This document shows positions 1-11,200 of a stretch of 64,000 bases of DNA, in pieces (the stretch's first letter is position 1; each line of letters starts with the position of its first letter). Below the pieces are notes generated by a model that was given only the letters and a program-made list of their open reading frames with translations, searched no databases and was not told the origin of the DNA. The DNA lies in contig CAUYUJ010000181.1 in NCBI GenBank assembly GCA_963575745.1, forward strand, positions 186,001-250,000, given 5' to 3'. Origin of the DNA: Prorocentrum cordatum (taxonomy: Eukaryota). The position numbers were made by a program, and so were the translations under genes.

Positions 1-2568
1 CGGGCTGCTGATCAGCTTTCGCGTCACGGCATTCAAACGTCTGACTTGCAGATTGGTGGGCCCTTGAATTTTCTGAAGAGAGACCACGCATACCATGAGC
101 CAGATTTGGGTAAGAAGGGCATAGGCGAGAGCTCCTCGCAGGCTGACGAACATGTCGGTAATGAGTTTCGTGGCTTTGGCATCGGCCGCCGCTCCTGTAA
201 GTTCTGGGTGTGTGATAGGACGTAGTTGTTTGATATACTCGTCCTGGTCCATGATCACATCTCCTTGATCATTCTTAGTGTAGCGAACGGCGCAGTTCGT
301 ATATGTGTGCTTGTTGAGCTTGCATTTGCCAAACACCTTTTCGACGCGTTGTACATAGTCGTCTATATTTTTCTCTAGACCTGTCATGTTAATATCATCG
401 ACATGTTTTGCCGTCAGAAGGTCGTGGCTGAATTCAAATTCAGGATCGTAGCTGGTCGGTGTAAGTCCTATAGCTCGTGTGGTCGTACGAAGTTTGAGAG
501 AGAACGCTCTTGGAGCGTCCTTTGTACCCGTTCCTGGTTTGAGGCATCTAAGACAGTGTCGACTTTCGTCGTAGGATGAGAAGCCGGGTAATGTACGAAG
601 TACCTGAGCACTTCCTGGTGGAAGAGTAAAGCAAACCATGCGAGTTTCCTCGCCGGTGGCATGGGCAAGTTCCTCATAGGTCAAACCCTTGAGGAACGCC
701 TTATCGATATCCATGGATGCTAAGATCCACTCTGGATGGCATGCCGCTTCACTTGCCAGGAGTCGTTGGGACTGCCTTCGGGCGGTTCCCGAGAATGTTT
801 CCACATCAAAAGCCTCAGTATCCATAAATCCACGAAGGACCAGTCTGAGACGAATGGTTTTAACGTTCCCGGTACCCATCTTTACGAACTTCCACTTGTA
901 TACATACCTGGATGTCATGATGTTGGAAGCTTTGGATAGATCATACATCTCAAAGCATCGGTTATCAATCCAGATTTTGAGCTCAGTATACAAAGCTTCA
1001 CGAACCTCCTTTGGATGTGCTGCTATGTCGGCTTTGGTCAGTAGATCATCTTCTTTGACAACCGCAGCACGTTTAGCAGCAGAGGATACATATACTCTCA
1101 TCGTTGCGACCATGTCGGTATCGAGCTGTGCAAGTTGAGTCTGATCCAACACTATTTTTGACATTTCTGATGTAAAGCATAATTCAACGTAAGGACCATA
1201 TTCATCACTGTCAAGAGAGTAGCTCTCGTCGGTTGTGGTTGAACAAAGAGAGACTAGACAGGACTCACGTGATTTCGGCTCGTCTCCGAGCATATCTGAT
1301 GATATAATATCATCTTCGTCCACAAATGCTGAAACCAAAACACATTGGTCGGGCAGCATAGTTGTTGGGACGCAATAAAGATAATCATCGGTAATCGTCG
1401 TAGGATGAAGGTCCATACGTAGCTCGCCGTACCACTCTTCCAGCATCATAGCTTCGATATGGTGTTCCCAATTTTCCTCATAGATTGTCGACAGACGGCC
1501 TTCACTCGGCGATGCAGCATCTGGTGTGTCTGGAGAAGGCCTGTTTCCAGGCGACTCGTGTTCTCCAGACGTGTTGCTTGAATGCTGATATTGAACCAAA
1601 TCGTCGTGAAATCCTAAGGAAGGGACACGTGAAGTCAAGCATTGAATAAGTCTGGAGTGAGTGCTACCAGTGATCTGAGAAATGTTTAAGCCGGTGCCCA
1701 CACATTCGTAATAGTGGAACGCCGGGCTGATGTCGTTGTCATAGTGGATCAGCGTAGACCCGGTGGCGTACTTTACTGCAGGTAGGCTTGACACACTCTT
1801 AGCCAATCGAACTGCTACTACATGTTCTACTCGGAAGTAATTTCGTACGAGATACTGTAGTGCTAAGTGTACGCGCGGGTGAAACTTGCTGTCGTCTGAC
1901 AGATTAAGGTTTCCCTTGTAATCGGGGATATACCCGAAAACTTTGGCAGGTTTCCCTGCGCTGAGGTGTGCCACATAAGCAAGGACGGTTTGCATGGCCA
2001 TATTATCCATGCCAAGTTCCCGTGTGAGGAGACATTCGATGTATAGTGTGTGACGAGCATCAGGATACATCACAATTACCTCACGAGATCCTGCCTTGAC
2101 AACAATATGTCCTCTTTCAGGCACATTTCGGATCACCGGGAATGGGCCATTCCAGCCTCCATGGTCGTCCTTGGTGGCAGTAGGTCGGTGGTAATCGACC
2201 AAATCCCCTGATGAGTAGAGGCGAGCACCATCAGGAGTCGTCTTAGCCCTAAGAGCCCGATTTGTCTTGGCCACAGCAGTAGCCGGAGTTATAGCTTCTA
2301 GGCTGACTTCCCTTACACGACGTTCTCGTTCGTGTCCTGAAGTCTCGGGTCCCTTGGGAAAGTCAAGGGTATCGAGATCAGGGAGGAAAGAGGGCTGACG
2401 TCCTGTGTGTGCCTGATATGGCGATACTCCGTTATAAAACGTAAGCGCATTAGTAACGAAGATGCCTTCCGCCAATACTCTAGTGAATACAGCAAGGATG
2501 TTGTGTCGATTCAATTCTTCCTCAATCATGTGGAGAGCGCCTCTGATAATGCCGTTTCGTGACTCAAT
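1..2568 (-). CDS. Pol C-terminal part: integrase C-terminus, linker and copia-type reverse transcriptase (truncated by the window edge)
   Basis: Manually translated frame: SRYVYKWK..RLRLVLRGF, SMDIDKAFLKG, GTKDAPRAF, KHVDDINMTG, MDQDEYI, LRGALAY. Absent from the ORF track because it runs off position 1. Confidence 0.9.
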   Translation of the reverse strand, partial: MESRNGIIRGALHMIEEELNRHNILAVFTRVLAEGIFVTNALTFYNGVSPYQAHTGRQPSFLPDLDTLDFPKGPETSGHERERRVREVSLEAITPATAVAKTNRALRAKTTPDGARLYSSGDLVDYHRPTATKDDHGGWNGPFPVIRNVPERGHIVVKAGSREVIVMYPDARHTLYIECLLTRELGMDNMAMQTVLAYVAHLSAGKPAKVFGYIPDYKGNLNLSDDSKFHPRVHLALQYLVRNYFRVEHVVAVRLAKSVSSLPAVKYATGSTLIHYDNDISPAFHYYECVGTGLNISQITGSTHSRLIQCLTSRVPSLGFHDDLVQYQHSSNTSGEHESPGNRPSPDTPDAASPSEGRLSTIYEENWEHHIEAMMLEEWYGELRMDLHPTTITDDYLYCVPTTMLPDQCVLVSAFVDEDDIISSDMLGDEPKSRESCLVSLCSTTTDESYSLDSDEYGPYVELCFTSEMSKIVLDQTQLAQLDTDMVATMRVYVSSAAKRAAVVKEDDLLTKADIAAHPKEVREALYTELKIWIDNRCFEMYDLSKASNIMTSRYVYKWKFVKMGTGNVKTIRLRLVLRGFMDTEAFDVETFSGTARRQSQRLLASEAACHPEWILASMDIDKAFLKGLTYEELAHATGEETRMVCFTLPPGSAQVLRTLPGFSSYDESRHCLRCLKPGTGTKDAPRAFSLKLRTTTRAIGLTPTSYDPEFEFSHDLLTAKHVDDINMTGLEKNIDDYVQRVEKVFGKCKLNKHTYTNCAVRYTKNDQGDVIMDQDEYIKQLRPITHPELTGAAADAKATKLITDMFVSLRGALAYALLTQIWLMVCVVSLQKIQGPTNLQVRRLNAVTRKLISSP

Positions 2569-3100
2569 TTAAGTCGCGTGTTGGCCAGGTGCTCGGATAC
2601 GAAGTTCCGTGCCCTTATTGGCCATCATGGTTTTAGCGGCATCGTTATTCAGGGCGCCTTCTCCGTCTGAGTATAAAACTTTGAAGGGTCCATGATAGGC
2701 AATCCAGCAGTAAGTGGTAGGCGTCAATGATAGTGTCACGTTCTCTGTCGGAAATTTCTAGGCCTGCTGCCAGGCGAATACAACGATCCATAATATGGAA
2801 TATGGTCCGTTTCTTGTAGAACATGAGGTCCATTCCCCCTTCATCGAGCCAGTTACCAGGAAGGCTCACCGATGGTAGTGTTGAGTTTCCTGGACGTTCC
2901 CATGCTCTGCATTCCCGACAGGTATCGCAAACTTCCTTGATCATGTTCAGTCGAACGTTATCAAGCCCCACCTTTTCGAGGATTCGCCTCATCTTTGGCT
3001 CCTTCGCATGATGCCATCGCAGATGCAGTTTTCGGAGTTCCTTTTTCACGACATGGGGTTCGTGACTACGGAGACTCTGTAGACTGTGTTGGATGTCGAA
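2100..3100 (-). pseudogene. Integrase (HHCC, DDE core, GPF C-terminal motif), with a frameshift at ~2713 and an in-frame TAA at 2569-2571
   Basis: LHLRWHHA...CDTCREC; MDLMF; LYSDGEG; HAT*IESRNG; GVSPYQ; GDLVDYHR...GGWNGPF, read by hand across frames. Confidence 0.85.
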
Positions 3101-3789
3101 TCTTGTCCAGTCGGGTAGTCGAGGAGCCCCAGAGCCGGTGGAGGCAAGAGGGTTCCTTGTAGCTCTCCGTAGTTGGTCCCCTGTGTTGACTGCGTCTGGA
3201 GGTGGTGGTACGCCTTGTAGACGGCCGCGGCGGGCCGCTACCTGTGGCGCCTCGCTAGAAGACGCGGAAGGCGTGTTTCCACGCTCGGGGGCGTCTCGTA
3301 GCATGTCGTAGCTGCTGGCACCAGATGTCGGATCGACGTTACCGAAGGATCGTGGTCGTGGTGGCCTGGCGTGTGCGCCTTGACGGCCACCTGAAGCTGA
3401 AGCTTGGCCCTCACCAGGTTTAGGTAAGGGTTTCCACCAAGCTGGCACGGTTTTGCCTTCGGGGTCGTGGTCGTCTGGGTTTAAATGGTTCAGCAAAACG
3501 ACATTTACCAGGTTCGGTATCGAGGTGGTTCTTAACACCCTTGCTTCTCGTAAGATCCCTCTGACATGCTGGACATGGCCAATATACAGAGATGGAATCA
3601 TGATATTTACACTGCGTAGGGTCTCTGTTATGGCTAGGACTGTCCTTTCTGACGTTGTCGATGCATGCCGGGCAAGTAGCCACCTTTGGGATGATACGAT
3701 CACCGATGCGTCTCACACCTTCGCCTGGTTCGGCTTGATCGGGAAGGTCTGCAGGATAAGCATGTGCGGTGCTTATAGGCGCGTTTCCG

Positions 3790-5793
3790 CGCGTGGCGTC
3801 AATGGCTTTCGCCAAATAGACGGCTTCCACGAAGGCAGACTGCAATCGTCGAGTGTATTTTTGTGCCAGTGAAAGCTCTGTATTGCACGGTTGTGCGTGC
3901 ACATGCTGACCGTTGCATTTGAGTCGCTCAAAGGGTTTAAGAATTGTCTCGTTGTTGCTGGTGATATGTGTCGGCTTCTTAATATAGTCACCAGTCGTAT
4001 CTTTAAGTCCCGTAGCGCATTGGTCAATGCGTACGGTTGTAATGTGTGGTCGGTTGGCAAGCATCGTCCATGGAGAAATATCATCCACCCATGTTCCTGT
4101 AGGTTGTTCGCGTATAAACCACCTCCGGGCGTCATCTTGGGTTACAGCAATTTTACCACAATAAATTATGTGTGGTGAGTCTTCTTTATGGTGCTGTTCC
4201 CAAGTGTTGTAGTTGACTTTGTAGTTGTAATAGGATGGTGGTCCTGTGGTGCGGCAGCTGGGTTGCAGCATGGCAACTCGTACGTAGCATATAGCAAAGT
4301 AATGATCTATAACCTGCTGTACCGAGGGGTCTCCCAGGTCGACATATGTAGTCTTGTCCAGGTTGCCGCCTGAGGAAAGTCCCCATTGAGAAGACAAGCT
4401 CTGAGATGCCACCCTCACCGCCACAAAGCTCCAACATATCCACGCAGTTGTTATGACCATAGCATAGTGTAGCAACTATGCTGTATATGTTAGCGTGTGT
4501 GTCGGGCATAGATGTGGGGAGGGTAAGGAACAGGTCATCGTCCTCGTCGGAGCTTATCAGCTCAACAGGGACGTCAGTACTCCAGGTTGCCATAAGATCC
4601 TGTCCGAGTCCTGACAAGTCGTCGCCGCAATCATCGTTTCCGTCTTCAACGTGCTTTTTAATGCGGCGAGGCTTGATGCCTGCTTCCTTTTCGGCTTTGA
4701 GCCTCTCCTTCTGCTTTATACGCGATTCAGTGGGTAAAGCTTGCTCGTCTTGTTCGTCGGTCTGTGTACTCATTGTCGTGGTTGAATGGGTACATGCGTC
4801 AATCGCCAGAGTCGGGAGGGGGAGAGAACAGTCATCTATGATGACGCGTCGATGTTTCTGTGGTGATTGAGTCGGCTCGTTTCCGAGCAAGACCGGTTCC
4901 TCGGGTTGCCAATACAACCGAGTACTGATGTTGGCAACCCCTGCAGGTAATGGTGCATGCCAATCATATCCTGTTGGTTGATCGGTAACTGAGATATCCT
5001 GAATAACCGCATTGGTATCCAGGTTGATTGTTACACGTCGGATGACTTCAGACCATTTTGGTCCTCCCTTATTAGTCGTCACGTAGTGACGGGTGTTATG
5101 GTCTGTACGTGTATACGTATTTAAGTATACGGGCACGTTTCCGTGCGTGGTGGTGCTCCCCAGGATGTTGTCGTTCAAGTGACGGATGAGTGTAGTGCGT
5201 GTCTGAGCTCGCCATTCAGCATGCCGCACTGCATGGCCGTACCAATCCAACACATGTTGTGGTATTGCCTGCTTACAGGTACATGCCCACAGCTTCGAGC
5301 TAATCGGTATTGATGATGCTACCTGCATATAAGTACCGCTTGGTGTAATGTCTTGCATATTGAACCGAATACCGAAATGACACAAACGCATCCGTATTAC
5401 TGACAACTTTAGATCTTCCAGGGTATCACGTACTGGAGATAACTTCCAAACATATCCTGGGGGACCAAATATTATGATCTTCATGCGGAGTTTCTTGGCT
5501 TTTATCAACAGGTTCTGGATACGTGACCAATGTGGGGCCACTCTCTTTCCTGGAGTTCTTACGTACCAGTCACCCGGAGTACTGATCCATATGAGAGTGT
5601 AATCTCCACTGATCACCGCACCTAGGTAGTTTGTGCCCACGCTTGTCATAAGTTCGTTGTGGGAAATACGATCACAAATATAACCTCGTGTGCGAAGGTC
5701 GGCACATGCCTCCCTCGTATCTTCAATGACAAAAGCCCTCTTACTAAGGCAGGTTACCCCGCTGTCCTTGTTACCCCCCGGCTTTTCAGCCAA
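3790..5793 (-). pseudogene. Two DNA cytosine methyltransferase-like domains (degenerate copy ~5250-5740; second copy ~3800-4445 with a frameshift near 4380)
   Basis: Second copy: DMLELCGGEGG (motif I-like), LQPSC (IV-like), REQP (VI-like), DQC..G..KKPT, CxxxHxH, AQKYT (X-like). First copy: LIWISTP, IFGP, RLCHFG, CTC..HV. Confidence 0.7.
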
Positions 5794-5832
5794 CAGGCAA
5801 GACGACGAGGGGGCGACGTCGCCCTGCCATCT

Positions 5833-8256
5833 TCAAGATGAAGAAGATGTGCCTGCAATATCTGCCAGCATCTGGGCTTCCCTCAGATGCTGGAGCTCAG
5901 CGCTGCAGCGCGCCGTGGCCTCAGAGGCGGATTGCTCCGCAAATGCTGTCAGCATCGATGGATTATCCATCAGCTGTTTCAGCACGCCTTTGGACCTAGC
6001 GTCGCTGACCGTATGCAATTCACGATTAGTGTATCCCATCACTATCTTACGGCGGGACTGTACAGCGTCCATGGGTACACTTCCACCATGCTGTGCCAGT
6101 GTCCTGGCAACAAAACAATCGAACGTCTCAAGATCGTCGATGGTGTCGCCTCGTTTGGTGGCCTTGGCGAGTGTCTCCATCAACCCCTGAGGCAGGTTTC
6201 CCTGCAATTGCTCGCGCTCCTGCGCCGGGGTCGGCTCGCCCGTCAGCACTGTCTGAAATGGCGTGCTGCTTGAGCTCGAGGCGGGTTGCCCCGCAGCTCC
6301 AAAACAATCACACCTGATCGACAGATGCCCTGACGGCAACTTTGTCGTCGGCATGATCTTGGAGCCCTCAGGGAGCTCCATTTTGACCTGCCCCTTACCA
6401 GGGAATATCAGCTTCTCCTGGCCTCGCTCAAGCACGATGATCGTGCGTTTATCTTGCATACTATCGAGGCCTAGGATGGCTGGCAGGTCCTTGCCACAGC
6501 CTGACACAATGTTCGTCTTGTATGAATCGAGTTGGGCCGACCCCTGGTACTCGCAGGCAATACTGAATGTGCCTACGGTATCCGCTGGGGCCGACCCTTC
6601 TCCCACTCCGTTGATATTCAAACGAGAGCGGGGCTCGAACGCACAAGTGCGGCCATGTACCTCGGCAGCCTGGACGAACTTACGGCTCGTGTTCTCGCCC
6701 ATGATGTTGATCTTCGAACCGACATCGATGAGTATGGAATTTCCACCATCATCCAGGAACGTCTTACTCGGCTGCTTGATGTGCACAGTCTCTGAAGTGT
6801 CGGCTGTGTCGGTAGGCGGGTTTCCCCGCGGCACAGTCGCACTCCCTAGCGGGTTACCCCGCCTGACACTGGCATGCGACTCGCTTTCGGCCATGCGCGC
6901 CAGGTCGATGTACTGGAAGTACGACACGTGCTGGGCGTGATCGCCACGCTCCTCCCGCCAGTTGGCATACTCATCACGTATGCTCTTATGCTGCTCGCGG
7001 GTCGTGCGCCTTGTCAACGTCAAGTACGAGTGAAGGGCGATGTCTTGCAGCCCCTCGTTCGTGATGTGATCCCGGTACTGCAGCCACTCCTCGAACTCCT
7101 CGTTCGTCGCTGCGATGTTGACGGCCCTGGCTGCTGTTGCTGCTGACGCCACTGAGGATTCTGATAGGTCTAGCGACGGACTATCAGTTTCAGGGTTGTT
7201 GGCATCCAGCATAAATGTTGTGTGCGTATTATCCATCTGATTCTGGAAATGTCGTACACGCAATTCACGCAGCTGATCAGGGTCCAGTGCCATCTCAGCC
7301 CCGTCTCCACTCTGGGGAGACATCTGAGGAGTACCATGCAGGTTTCCCTGCTGAGGCGCCGTCATCGGGATAAGCTGATCAAAGTATCCCGTCTCCATAG
7401 GCGGCCTTACCTCTTCTGGCAGGTGTCCCTGCTGTTGGGACTGGGCTGTCTGCATAACTAGCATCCCAGCCGTCATCTCCTCCACCATGCTCCTCAGCTC
7501 CCGCAGCTCTCTCGCTGACTGCTCAGGAGTCTGACTAAAGGAGCCGGTCCATGGGAAGGATGATGCTATGATGCCAGGTGCTCGGCAGATAGCACATGGT
7601 GGCTGCTGGGGATCTCCTTCACGCTGGTTTGTAACGTGGCCCACCACATTAGAATTCCAGCATCCCTCGTGGAACAAGTGATTGCACCTCAGGCGGTAAA
7701 CACTGTCCCTGGGCTGAAATTCTTCGAGGCATACCGCGCAGGTATCTTCCATCCCAGTAAAGACCTCTACGTCTGCTGCCCTGGGATATACCCGCCGCTG
7801 CCTCTCCAGTACCGTCTCGGAGGGCATGAAGGCTGATGGGGGAGTCCCCGTTAGATCCATCACCTCCGGCACTTCGACATTTGGCATGGAAGTGGTAGGA
7901 GTCACGGCGGGCGAGTTACCTCGCAAAGGTGAGCCCCTGTTTCTCACCACATCAAGTGCAGCTGCACGTGACTGATCCCGTACACTTTGCGCCGCCTTCC
8001 TTCTCCTGAAGCATGCCTGCTGAGTGTGGTGCGTCTGCCTGATGTAGTCAGGCACGCCCCTACTGCCAGACGATATTGAATGGGCAGTGGGCTGGACAAC
8101 CACCTCTGGTGATGTCGGTGAAGGCATGAAGGCCATGTGCGGGTACATGGAATGGTCACTGCAGCGCACATTAGTGAGGTTATGCATCTGATCCGCCAGT
8201 TCACGAACAAATTTGTTCGGAACCCTTGACCCATCAGGGTATAATGGCGGGTTCAT
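5833..8256 (-). CDS. Polyprotein segment: RING-H2 finger (~7580-7745) and retropepsin-like aspartic protease (~6310-6760)
   Basis: CAVCLEEF..RLRCNHLFHEGCW...CAICR (C3H2C3); ILIDVGSKINIMG ... INGVG ... PAILGLDSM. Confidence 0.85.
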   Translation of the reverse strand: MNPPLYPDGSRVPNKFVRELADQMHNLTNVRCSDHSMYPHMAFMPSPTSPEVVVQPTAHSISSGSRGVPDYIRQTHHTQQACFRRRKAAQSVRDQSRAAALDVVRNRGSPLRGNSPAVTPTTSMPNVEVPEVMDLTGTPPSAFMPSETVLERQRRVYPRAADVEVFTGMEDTCAVCLEEFQPRDSVYRLRCNHLFHEGCWNSNVVGHVTNQREGDPQQPPCAICRAPGIIASSFPWTGSFSQTPEQSARELRELRSMVEEMTAGMLVMQTAQSQQQGHLPEEVRPPMETGYFDQLIPMTAPQQGNLHGTPQMSPQSGDGAEMALDPDQLRELRVRHFQNQMDNTHTTFMLDANNPETDSPSLDLSESSVASAATAARAVNIAATNEEFEEWLQYRDHITNEGLQDIALHSYLTLTRRTTREQHKSIRDEYANWREERGDHAQHVSYFQYIDLARMAESESHASVRRGNPLGSATVPRGNPPTDTADTSETVHIKQPSKTFLDDGGNSILIDVGSKINIMGENTSRKFVQAAEVHGRTCAFEPRSRLNINGVGEGSAPADTVGTFSIACEYQGSAQLDSYKTNIVSGCGKDLPAILGLDSMQDKRTIIVLERGQEKLIFPGKGQVKMELPEGSKIMPTTKLPSGHLSIRCDCFGAAGQPASSSSSTPFQTVLTGEPTPAQEREQLQGNLPQGLMETLAKATKRGDTIDDLETFDCFVARTLAQHGGSVPMDAVQSRRKIVMGYTNRELHTVSDARSKGVLKQLMDNPSMLTAFAEQSASEATARCSAELQHLREAQMLADIAGTSSSS

Positions 8257-8280
8257 CTGCGCTGGTGGTGGCCTCTGGCC

Positions 8281-11200
8281 CTAAGACATGCTCGGATGGG
8301 CATTGAACGCCGGGATAAAGGCTCGTTGCCGAGCAGGATCCCGCGGGTTGGGACCCTCAGGTTCACAGGACCAGGCTGGCCTCCACCTCTGCCCACTTGG
8401 GTGAGGCAGATTATGGCTCTGCACCTGCTGCACCGCGGCCGCCACTCTTGAGCGATAGTCGTCAGGTACACCAGCCCTATGGTGGCTTGGTGTGCCAGGC
8501 AGGTTTCCCTGCTGACTCGTTGGCGTGCCGGGCGGCATCATGTTGAGGAGAGCTGTGCTGTGTTCAGCCCTAGCCGCAGCTATCCTTTCCATGAGAGTGC
8601 CGTTTGTGGCAGGGCGGACAGGTGTCCCGAACGGGGATTGCGCAGGTGGTGTGCCCAATGGAGTCATGCCCCTTGGAGTGTGCATGCTCTGAGTGGGGCT
8701 TCCATGCATTTGCTCAAACCGAGCAGGTCCGCTTGTAGGCAGGTTTCCCTGCATGGCCTGACGATTTCTCGTTGCCATAGCGGACATTGCCCCCTGGCCT
8801 GCGGCCCAGGGGTCCTGCTGGTATAACCTGTCCGCCAGCTGTTCTACCTGGTCAGGGTTCAGCGCGGCTGCGATCTGATCCAGGTCCGAGGTACTGATGG
8901 CCTGCCAAGACACGGCACTAGGCCCTTGGCTTGGGGCACGGCTTGGAGCCGCGCTCCCGGCCTCACTCTCGGTGATCATGAAGATCCGATGGATCTCAGG
9001 CTGGTTTCCCAGCTTGGTAGGGCTATAGTGGTCCCCAACTTCCCTGTGGAGGTAAACCATAGGGGGGTCAACACCCTCTTGGTCTCGGGACCACTGGTAT
9101 TTAATGCTAGCAGTGCCAACGTCAGCCCACCTGTCAGGAGCAGACATCATTGCGACAGAGACTCGCGCATGGCGGTTCCCCAGATACTCTGGATTACGCC
9201 AGTGCCTTCCCGTGGACAGGTCCTCTACATGAGAGATGTAGTACGCTTCAATGATACCGTTATTTCCCTCGGACAAGAGGACTCCGTTATCGGACCAACA
9301 GAACTTCATACCATCTTGTATGGCCTTACGCCAATCTACGAAGATGATGATGTCTGAGTCTGGGTCCCACCCACTGTTGACGGCACGGCGGCGAACTGTC
9401 GGCACGGAATGAATGTGCGACCGGCCTGTCCATCTTTTCTTCGTGTTATGCTCAGGTCTACAGGACAGGCCGTGCCACATAATACCTTCGAAGGCGTGCC
9501 ATCGAGTGCCATGCATGGCCACTTCGGGGTATGGGGCCGGTCTCCCGGCAGGTTGGTCGCACAGCATAATGTAGCTGTACAGCGACCATGGAGCTTTCAA
9601 TGTCCATGAGTGCCCCTGAGAGGCGCGGATGAAGATAGCGGGCTCGCCGGAGTCCTGCATCAACACCTTGAACTGTAGGCGCTGTTTTTCTTCTCCGTCT
9701 GGTTCGCGGACATGAACAACCTCCATCATGATGGCTGCTAGTTGGTCAACCGAGCGCCCATATAGCTGCTCGTTGATGACTTTGGCCTCGTCATATTTTG
9801 GATTATACCCAGCGTGTTTTGATTGACCTGTGTTCCACGGATAATGGTTCACGAGCTCCACGAGGTTAACCCAACCATCATGATCATCGAAAGATTCCAG
9901 GCCCCACACAGGATTGTGTGGTCTGTCTGGCGCATGTCTGCATATCCTGCTGAGAGCTTTACTCAGCTGTTTGAGAATGTCATTTGATGTGGGAAGGATT
10001 CCAGCTTTCCTGCATTCCTTCATGAATGTCTCATCCACCGAGCGTATCGGTGGGATCTTCCGAAGCGAAATTCTATCCCTGATCACATTCGGAGCCCCAC
10101 TAGTGAAGGACGTGTCACCTGGGTGGTGCAGCTGATCCACTGGCGGGTTTCCCCGCATACGAGCCTCTGTCGCTGCAGAGGCTGCGGCTCCTGAAGAGGA
10201 TGAAGCTGCGGCGGCAGCGCCTGGCGGGTTTCCCCGCGGTGATGCGCGACTGGCGCTGCCCCTGATCTTCGGCACCCAGGTACCCCTCGACATAGCACCT
10301 TCATCGGACTTCCTGGAACGGGCCGCCACAGGCGAAGCTGGCGCAGGGGCATACCCACTGCGCTCGAAAGCTGCCGCCCTTTTCGCAATGGAGCTGCTGC
10401 GACTAGGCGGGCGTCTTCGTTCCTCCACAGGGTCCTGAGGTTGCTGCTTGGGCTCAGACGCTTGTGTAGGAGTTGCGCCAATCGGCGGCCTCGGAGTTTC
10501 AGTTCGAGGCACCTCCATCTGCACGTCCGGCCCAGGGTCCTGAGAGCTCACCTTCGGTTTCGGCCCCGAGGACGGCTTAGGTGTCGGGGGTTCACTCTTA
10601 GCCTTCGAAGTTAGTGGGAGTGGGGGCTTCGTAGCCCCCTTCATGTAGATCTTGCTGGAATCCTCCAACATCTTGCGAGTTGCCTCGCGAGTGCGTTCTT
10701 CTGCTGTCCGCATACGCTCCTCGTCCTCCGCCACACGTTGAGCCTTTTTCTCATCCTTGATTGTCGGTTCTGGTTGTTGGGACTGGCTAGAAACGCCAGG
10801 CGAGTTTCCTCGCATACTAGGAAGACTAAAGAGCGCGTCTTTCTCTTCCTGGGTCGTGGCTACCAGTCCCCTTGGAACCGGAGTAGGCTTCTCTTCTTCT
10901 TTCAGATCCAAGTGGCTCAAGATCCCGAGACGACGATTCACTGCGGCGATCTCGTCTGGTGTCATCGGGATAAGTAGCGGATGACCATCTTTGTGAAGGG
11001 TTTTGCCCCGGTTGGGGCTCAGGCCTTCGTTGTTGCCAACGGGGCATCCTGGCCTGTGGTTCTGGAACGGCTCGGAACAAGGTCCGCAAGCTGCGTGGGG
11101 CCTATACTGCTTGCGAGCCGCGATAATGTCTCGCAGCTGAGTCCGCGCTTCTTGAATTTCAGGGCGGCGGATATTTGTTGCAAGCTGATAACCTCCGCGG

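Noticed and set aside
689..1138. Plus-strand ORFs overlapping the LTR element and LINE
   Set aside because: Antisense shadows of the minus-strand pol genes.
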